Position numbers and translations under genes: made by a program | Shown here: piece after piece, positions 1 to 7,600 of the stretch | Layout: each line of letters starts with the position of its first letter | Numbering within the stretch: the stretch's first letter is position 1 | The notes under the pieces: model-generated | The model's input: the letters and a program-made list of their open reading frames with translations, nothing else | The model's database searches: none | What the model was told of the DNA's origin: nothing | NCBI GenBank assembly: GCA_024704765.1 | Contig: JAKMXF010000101.1 | Location: forward strand, 1-23,533 | Origin: Oopsacas minuta | Taxonomy: Eukaryota > Animalia > Porifera | DNA: 23,533 nucleotides | Direction: 5' to 3'

Positions 1-705
1 ATCAAATAACAACAAACAACCTGCTCCATGCTGGCTAACAAATACTCTCTCTTTATCAATAGTAATACAGACAGGACACTTCATCTTATCAGCACCAAAT
101 AGAAACAAGAATTTACCATCTTTACTGAATACTTGTACTCTGTTGTTACTTTGTTCTGTTACATATATGTTATCTGTTCTGTAATCAACTGCTATACCGT
201 ATGGAGTGTAGAATTGTCCTTCACCACTACCTCTAGTACCTACACTCACTACTGGTTTCACTTTACCTTTATAATCTACAACTGGTAGACATGAGTAACT
301 TGAATTAACAACACTAATCTTACCAAATCCATTAATTCTATCTAATAGTGTATTATCAAATTCAAATGAAATATGTTTGTATTTCCATTCAGATTCTATT
401 TCTTTTTGTTTCTGTTCTAAGATTTTGATCATTTCAGTTTGAGTTCCTTTCATGGTTAAAGATTCAAAAATTTCCCCCCCAATGAGTTTGAGTCCTTTTT
501 CAATTTCGGAGATAGATTGTTTATGTTTGTCTCTTTCTTGTTTGTATATTCGGTTGATTTCATTCAATTCTCTCAAAAGTTCATTCTTTCTCCTTTTCAG
601 ATAATCTGTCAATTCACCGAATCGAGTTTCTATTTCACTTTGTATTAGAACAATTTGATGCTCAAAACTATCTCTCTCTTCTCCAACTATACTAGAAGTA
701 GCCAT
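1..705 (-). CDS. Coiled-coil + NHL-repeat protein (TRIM71/NHL-like, no RING or B-box), 3'-partial, runs off the left edge
   Basis: Manual translation from the ATG at 705 (in-frame TAA two codons upstream) is open for 235 codons to base 1: MATSSIVGEERDSFEHQIVLIQSEIETRFGELTDYLKRRKNELLRELNE...ISFEFDNTLLDRINGFGKISV...GSGEGQFYTPYGIAVDYRTDNIYVTEQSNNRVQVFSKDGKFLFLFG. GQF..P.GIAV...IYV....N.RVQVF is a canonical NHL repeat. It is absent from the ORF track because no stop lies in the window. Confidence 0.93.
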   Translation of the reverse strand, partial: MATSSIVGEERDSFEHQIVLIQSEIETRFGELTDYLKRRKNELLRELNEINRIYKQERDKHKQSISEIEKGLKLIGGEIFESLTMKGTQTEMIKILEQKQKEIESEWKYKHISFEFDNTLLDRINGFGKISVVNSSYSCLPVVDYKGKVKPVVSVGTRGSGEGQFYTPYGIAVDYRTDNIYVTEQSNNRVQVFSKDGKFLFLFGADKMKCPVCITIDKERVFVSQHGAGCLLLFD

Positions 706-744
706 TATTTAACTAATAAAGGAAAGGATGGATAATATAAAATA

Positions 745-810
745 CAGTCAACATCTGAATGCCCGCTAACTCGAACATTCGTTATCTAAAAGGAATTTTC
801 ATTTTCCCTC
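745..810 (+). mobile_element. Probable fragment of a pogo/Tigger-like MITE end just upstream of the NHL start codon
   Basis: TA|CAGTCAAC...CTAACTCGAACATTCGTTATCT resembles the TA|CAGTC...CGA ends of other MITEs in the window (e.g. 4755-4918). No matching right end found. Confidence 0.35.
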
Positions 811-1379
811 GTTTTACTATTTTGTTATATTGAAATACCAAAACGCTATCTAGAATGCCCTTATTTCCTAAATAATAAACACGCGAAGCGATTTCAAGCC
901 CATTGGAGACTTGTACTCAGAGCAATGAATATTTACCAGAAATTCCTACAATCTTATATTATAAATTTTCGATCAAAATCAGGCTACTCGTTCTGATTAA
1001 CGCCAATAACCAAAAACAATTCTAACTAATGACAACTTACTAAATTCTTACTAATGTAATCTCCTCAGTAAACTCATGTCTGCTGTGAGAAATTTTACCA
1101 AATATACGTTTTGATCAAAATACATTCACATTCCCAAAATGAGCATAATTGGGTATACATAGTCATAGCATAGGATTTTGTATATAAATGATTACTCTTC
1201 TTCTCAGTTTCTGTCGATGTTGATCATTATACGTATACTGGACTATTAATTTACCAAAGTTTGAACTTTTATTTCACGCACTTTTGAATTTATCATATGA
1301 TATCGTTCCACTCCATAGATTACACTGTTCAACGCTGATTTTCTTCTGTTGAATAGAGCTTATGTTATGTTATCAGTAA

Positions 1380-1865
1380 TGCTGATTCTGAAAATATAGT
1401 CCTTTTTCCTCCACACGTTACAATTTGATGATAAGTGACTTAGAATATTACAAAATTGCTAAATACATCAGAATTTTTTACTGAATACTGAAGTGCTCAT
1501 GAGCAACCGTTGGAAATTTCGATCCATTTGATATGTTCTAATTCAATTTCAAACTGGTAAGAAGTATATTTGGGTGAAACTGGTTATTTTTGGTAATGAT
1601 ATCTAGAATTTTACATTTAGACTTTACAAAATATAACAAAAGTATATTTTTGGCCTCCGAAATGGTTAGTTAGGTCTACACAGAGCTCATTCATGTTTAC
1701 TATGGATTACAAATACACTATACTTTGAATATTCTTACAAGTTGTTGGTAACTTCTTTCGTATATATGGAAAAAATTCCTGAAATTTTGGCAATTTCGTA
1801 GTATTTGATGTTGAATATTATCAAATTGTGACGTGTTAGAGCAAATTGGATTTCATTTTCGGAAT
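1380..1865. repeat. Old degenerate long inverted repeat (fold-back element remnant)
   Basis: About 1380-1490 (TGATTCTGAAAAT...CACACGTTACAATTTGATGATA...AAAATTGCTAAA...GAATTTTTT) aligns by eye to the reverse complement of about 1760-1865 (TGATTCCGAAAAT...AACACGTCACAATTTGATAATA...GAAATTGCCAAA...GAATTTTTT). Confidence 0.55.
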
Positions 1866-2089
1866 CATCATAGAAATATCTCTAGGAAAAGTTCGAATTA
1901 AAAAAAAGAAGAATTCTAACTTGATTAACGTTGACTATTGTTATGATATTCAACATTCATAAATTGAAGATGTTTACTTTAGAAGTAAGTATGCTTACAA
2001 AATGCTTAGAATATATTATAATAAATGTACACACAAAACACAAACACTATTTATAATTCTGTTTTGAAGAAAATTATTCAGTAAATAGA

Positions 2090-2354
2090 TTACTTTTCAT
2101 CCAAATATTCAAACAATGGATTCTGTATAACTTTATTTATTTCTTTTTCAGTTTCCACAAATGTATTTTCATAAATCTCGATTCCTGGTTCTTTGTCAAA
2201 GTTTGGGGATGAGTCAATCATTGAGCTTTCTTTTATGTAGCTTTGTGGACCTACAAATAATAGTTCATATATCATTAAGACCAGTGGTGTTTTGGAAGAG
2301 GGCTGGGGAGGCACTCCCTACTTCTATTCATGGATGCAGTTTTCACCAAGATTT
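2090..2354 (-). CDS. Candidate distal 3' exons (2322-2354 and 2090-2250) of a receptor cytoplasmic tail, possibly of the adhesion GPCR
   Basis: Acceptors are TTTTTAG|2354 and TTTGTAG|2250, with a possible 71-nt GT-AG intron at 2251-2321. Reading gives EILVKTASMNR-S-PQSYIKESSMIDSSPNFDKEPGIEIYENTFVETEKEINKVIQNPLFEYLDEK*, phase-compatible with the phase-1 donor at 4090. No homology recognised. Confidence 0.35.
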
Positions 2355-2685
2355 CTAAAAATAGTATAAACTTAGTGACATTATCAGATGTCAAGTAGTA
2401 TTTTCTCGGATTAATGTAAGCCCTCTCCCCTCTATGTTGTCTAGTGTGTTTTGAAATCGCTTTATACTGAGGATGGGGGTATTTCTGATTTCGGGGGCTA
2501 TACATGGTATGGATTGAGTCAATTGGTTTTCGCACAACTATTCATTAATGAATAATGATGTTTCCTGCATATACAGTGGATGCCGGTTATAAGAACACTT
2601 CATTATACAGATTTGAATGTAGGAACAATATATGGAAAACTGTTCTCATATCTGCTGTAGAATTTATGCCAATTCTACAAACATA

Positions 2686-2868
2686 CTGTAGAGCCTCGTT
2701 AATACGTACACCAAGGGATCATCGAGATTTGTACTCTTTATCGGGAGTACGTATTAACCGGAGTTAAAACAATTGAATATCCAATGTAGGGACTAAAATT
2801 GTGTAAAATTCTGTTCGTCTTAACCGGAAATTCGTATTAAATGTGTTCGTATTAACGAGGTTTCACTG
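2686..2868. mobile_element. pogo/Tigger-like MITE, 183 bp, nested
   Basis: TA|CTGTAGAGCCTCGTTAATACGTACAC ... GTGTTCGTATTAACGAGGTTTCACTG|TA: imperfect TIRs of about 26 bp with TA on both sides. Confidence 0.85.
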
Positions 2869-3039
2869 TACCGGTAATAAGAACCAATTAGTCTATTATT
2901 CTAAGAGTGTTCTTATAACCGTAACGATTATATTGGGGTGTAGCAACCGTTTTCCAGTAAAATTTTCATATATCCGGGAAAAATCAATGGAGTAGAATAC
3001 AAAAGATTCAGTAAATCGAGTTTAGGTTCTTATAACCGG

Positions 3040-3468
3040 TGTAGCAGCCCAGAATATACCCGGGTATAATCCTGGGTAGGATAGATTATACTCCTTGTCT
3101 TTATTTTGTCATGTGCAAAAGTGTGGACCATCTGGTGTCACCTACATATTCATAAAGCACACCATACATGATTAAAATTTGTTGCATGAAAACGCAACAT
3201 AACATTGTTGCATCGCATATATTACCTTATTGCATGCAACAGATTTGCATCATGTATGGTGGGCTTCATGAATACAATAAAAAAAATTACACCAGACGCC
3301 AACACTTTTCACATGACATGATAAATACAGGGAGTATAATCTGTCCTAGCCCAGATTACACCCCGTATATTCTGAGCTAGGCCACTTCATACCCTGGGGT
3401 ATAATCTGTACTAGGACAGAATATACCCGGTTATATTCGAGGAAGGGGGAGTAATCTGGGCTGTTACA
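3040..3468. mobile_element. Non-autonomous TIR element with TGT...ACA ends (Ginger-like), nested
   Basis: Ends are TGTAGCAGCCCAGA / TCTGGGCTGTTACA. A longer imperfect inverted repeat links 3051-3093 with 3331-3380. Flanks are CCGG (left) and CTAG (right), compatible with a decayed 4-bp TSD. Confidence 0.65.
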
Positions 3469-3480
3469 CTAGTGTTCTTA

Positions 3481-3727
3481 CACTGCCTGGCCAAAAGTAT
3501 TGGAACACCCTGCCACAATTAATACCTGAAACAAAGGGTATTCTACCATAGTTGTATAAGCTAAAGATGATTACAAAAAATGTTGAACATAAATATATCG
3601 TAAAACGAATGATAACAAGCTATTGTTCTACTTTCTGGAATATCCATAGAATCTTTCAACATATCTCATCTAATGCCACTTGTGCACAAGTTGTAAACAG
3701 TGTTCCAATACTTTTGGCCAGGCAGTG
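3481..3727. mobile_element. Young Tc1-like MITE, 247 bp, nested
   Basis: Perfect 28-bp TIRs CACTGCCTGGCCAAAAGTATTGGAACAC (3481-3508 and 3700-3727) with TA on both sides. Confidence 0.93.
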
Positions 3728-4085
3728 TATATACGGCATCTACTATATTAGTTAATTTGAATTATTATTGCTAAGTTTACATAAAATTGATTTGAGTTAA
3801 TTCAGCTCCATAGAATGATTCTGATGTTATATACCGATAGTCAATCATCGAATAAAAATGTTCCACAGTTAAATAAGAGTTTTAATAATTCGACTCTAGT
3901 ACTGTCGAATTGGGTTTGGGGCTGGCGAACTGATTTTAATATAGAGAAGTTGCTTTATCAAACAAATGCATCGGAAAATAAGGATTAGCCGAATTCACTG
4001 TTCTGGCTGTGCTGCGAGGGTTTTATATGTGACCTACTAAGAAGAGTAGGTATACAGTGATTAAAACCCATACTATAAAATTAAA

Positions 4086-4687
4086 CTAACCATGAGGTAA
4101 TGTATTTTTTTGCATTTCACTGTCTCCAGATATTGATTTCTTCTTTATCCTGAATTTTGATATAGTGTTACTGTTTACTCCGCTTGAAATAGTATTAGAT
4201 GTAGTTTGAGTGTTTCTTTTCCTTTTAAATATCGCTCTAACTTCTGCATTTCCTAACGTAACCACAATAAAGAATATAAGGCCCATACCTCCATTCAATA
4301 GGATGAATATCCATTCTACAACTGTGCTCCGTATGAATATGTTGAATATTAGAATCACCCAAGGTAATCCTAAGATTGGTGTTAGAATTAAACTGTATAT
4401 TAATACATTCTTTATTAACCCAAGCCTTTGATCTTCCCCTGCCTTAGCTCTAGCTGTTACAATCCGTACAACAGCGAGAGTGAGTAGTATAAGATTGATG
4501 AGGAGAAGGATAATTATAGGGGAAATAAACGCCCATATAACTCCATAGTTAATATTGAGGAAACAGTGCTCACTGGGGTCTACGTAGTTTTCTCTTGTTA
4601 CAGCAATTGTTATTATTGGAATAACCAAAGGGAACGTCCATCCGAACACGATGAGATACGGGTAGATCTTCCTCGTGGTCATTACAG
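4086..4687 (-). CDS. aGPCR exon: TM4-TM7 and cytoplasmic tail
   Basis: Acceptor TTTTGAAACAG|CT, phase 1. Reads AVMTTRKIYPYLIVFGWTFP...QKNTLPHG*. A donor-like G|GTTAGT overlaps the stop codon. Confidence 0.9.
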
Positions 4688-7600
4688 CTGTTTCAAAAGA
4701 AATATTAGTAAATAATGGTATCACAATCAACAAAATTGTATTATATTTCTCATATAGTCAACTCCCATTATATCGAAGCTCAAGAGAGCACGATATTTCC
4801 TTTGATACTGAGTTCGATATTAACCGATGATATTTATGTTACTTGGAAGATTTGTGACTATATTTCTACAAATTAGATTTAGAATAGAGCGGATAGCTCG
4901 ATGTAACGGGAGTGACTGTATTTAATCTCAAATTATTCTTAAAGATTGTAGAATAACTCAGAAAGAATTACATTAGAAATGGAACAATAAATCCGATTGG
5001 GTCTGTTCACTCTTTGAACAAAGATTTGCTGTAACAGGGACTAAGGGCAATTATTATATAATTATTTATTACATGGAAGAGTACAATGTATCTTCCCATA
5101 TACTATTATATATTCTACGTAATCAACTCACCTATAACCAGTTTGAAAATTATGAAAATTCCATTACACAGAGTCCAAGTGAACACTGCTAACCAAATAT
5201 AGTGCAATAAGAATCCAATGATTAAACAAACAAAGTCATTATGAGTCCCACTCTCTATTCCGAGCAGGAACAGTCCTGTAGCTAGCAGCATTGACAGACA
5301 GTAGTTGAAATAGATTATGTTTGCTTCCACTTTGAAAAATGGCTTTCCGGCTATGAGGAATAGAATCAAAGAGATTAGCAAGAAGATGAATGAAATGCTG
5401 ACAAGCAGGTAGCTGAATATGGAGATGACCAACTCTTCAGTTTCACTAGTTGGAATATCGTGGGGTGTAACAAATACCGCGAAACTAGTGAAGTGTGAAG
5501 TACTACAGATTGTTAAATTCTCATCGGGAACAGAGGTTGTTTGAATACCATCACTATTCCATATTGATCCATTCAATGCAACACATATGGATTCTAAATT
5601 AGCTGTAAACTTTGTGTAGAATGCTATCTCTGCCTAAAGATAAATAGAATTATAAATTCACGAACAGTTAACCAAATTTTCTCGTATAAGATTGGAATAC
5701 AATTTTTCAATAACGAATACACAGTATACAAAGTTTGGTAATAAACTTACATCTTCAGATAACTCGATTCTCCCGTATACATTACTTTCCTCTTGAAGAG
5801 TTTCAATTATAAGAATGTCGCTAGCCTGTGAAGACATACCTTCTCCAGGGTCTACTGGTTGATTACTATCTCTATTTATTAGGGTTGTTGCAACCTAAAA
5901 TGTAGAAAAAGATATTCAAACTAGACATAATTTAACTACGAAAATTAAATTGTTTACAGGAAATAAATCTATATTATTAAATCATAATTGTTGTTTGTTT
6001 ATTTGTTTGTCCGTTGTCAAGGAAAGAATTTACGGAATGCAACTTTGAAAGTGTTGCATAATTATGAATTTATCAAAGAAGTAAATAGAATTGAATAAAA
6101 CTTCACTAAATATATCAAACATGCTAAATCCGATAAAGTAAACAAATTATCCAAATTTCAGAATGTGTACAGGCTTGCTCTAAACGGCTACCTAAGGTAA
6201 CGAAGTACGCTGAATCCAAATTTCGTATTTCAAATTTCTCATATGTAAATTTATTGTTGTTTTTATGAATATAGAGTAAACAAATGTAAAAATTGTTGTA
6301 GAAACTTGCTATCAGCAACTATAGTGGGGTAATCAAGTATGCTGAGTCTGAATATTATAAACAACATCAGTATTATTAAATCTCAATTGTTGTTTGTCCT
6401 TTGAATAGCTCGAGGCGCAATGCGCCGAGTTCATCGCGAAGCGACGAGCCAAAGGCTCGTTTCGTTAATATTCCTATTGGTCAGACCAAGTACACAAAAT
6501 TTGCAATATTTCCATATATGGAAATTCAGTTACAAGGAGCTGAACTCATTTAAGATTATAATATTTCTGAATCATTTACCGCTATATTTCCATCAACTGC
6601 GAGTTGTTGTGCCACGGACTGAGGAATTGAGAATTGAGTGTTGAATTCTGTACTTGAGTTGACAATACCAGGAAAAACATAACTAGACTGTGATTCTGTC
6701 ACACTTCTGGCCTGAACAACTATAGTCACAGTCCTCGACTCAATAACTTGTACACCTGAATCAAGATCTCTCAGAATATTTTGACTGATACTTTGGATTG
6801 AATTTATTGCAATCAGTTCAGGAGTACTGATGCCTGTAATTATGCTTGGCATTCCTTCTGTCTATATAGTAACTTTGCATAATTATGTATATGATTAAGC
6901 AATTATTTAGAATTCTCAAAATTACACTCAAAATCATTCGCTCTTTGTACAGTGGAACCTGCATCACCCGACGCCTGTATAATCCGTCAGTGTTTCTGAT
7001 ATGAAATAGCTTCCGAAAATACAAATTCACCTGCAAAATCCGACAATTGCTAAACTGACCCCGGTCCCAAAGAGCTTCGGTTTATGCAGGTTCTACTATA
7101 GTAATAATGGAAGTCAAAATGAACAGATTTCTGTACGCATATCCAAAACTTGGTCGAGTAAATTAGATTGATTGTTGTAACATTTAACTTACAGCCATTT
7201 GTATCATAGTACTATAACTACTAGAATTCAACTGAAGACTCCTATCAATAATTTCCTCTGCAGTTCTCAACAGCGAAATGACAGTCTCCTCATCTAGGGG
7301 CATACCATTATTCAGTGATTTGTTAACTAGTAAGGCATACGTGCTAGCTACTTGTTCAAGCTGCTCTTCATCTTCAGCTGCACCTGAGAGCAATGCTACA
7401 GCAGCAGAAGCAACTTGACTTTGGTCATTAGTAATTTCAGTTTGATTCATCAACTGAGTTGCAACGTCATCAATATCCATTACAGTAATACTCAAATTGA
7501 ACCTAACAGAACGTACATCTCTACCAGCTGTATTCTCAGCAATGCAATAGAATATTCTATCATCTGATAATAGCTGATTTGTAACGGTTAATATGTGTGA

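Larger units (their letters stand above)
2574..3745. mobile_element. Outer Tc1/pogo-like MITE (about 305 bp after removing three nested inserts)
   Basis: Left end TA|CAGTGGATGCCGGTTATAAGAACAC. The right end reassembles, after excising the 3481-3727 insert and one TA, as GTGTTCTTATATACGGCATCTACTA|TA, matching the expected reverse complement at 21/25. Internal CCGGTTATAAGAAC repeats are present. Confidence 0.75.

Noticed and set aside
196-342. Diversity-generating-retroelement-like template/variable repeat pair with 23387-23533
   Set aside because: Both copies are in-frame parts of full genes, the differences are not adenine-specific, and no reverse transcriptase is present.
3040-3468. CRISPR-like appearance of the repeated palindromic units
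   Set aside because: The units are irregular, partly inverted and have no unique spacers. The context is eukaryotic, and the pattern fits transposon subterminal repeats.
3887-3911. 8-bp hairpin AATTCGAC...GTCGAATT
   Set aside because: A short AT-rich stem expected by chance, and not repeated in the window.
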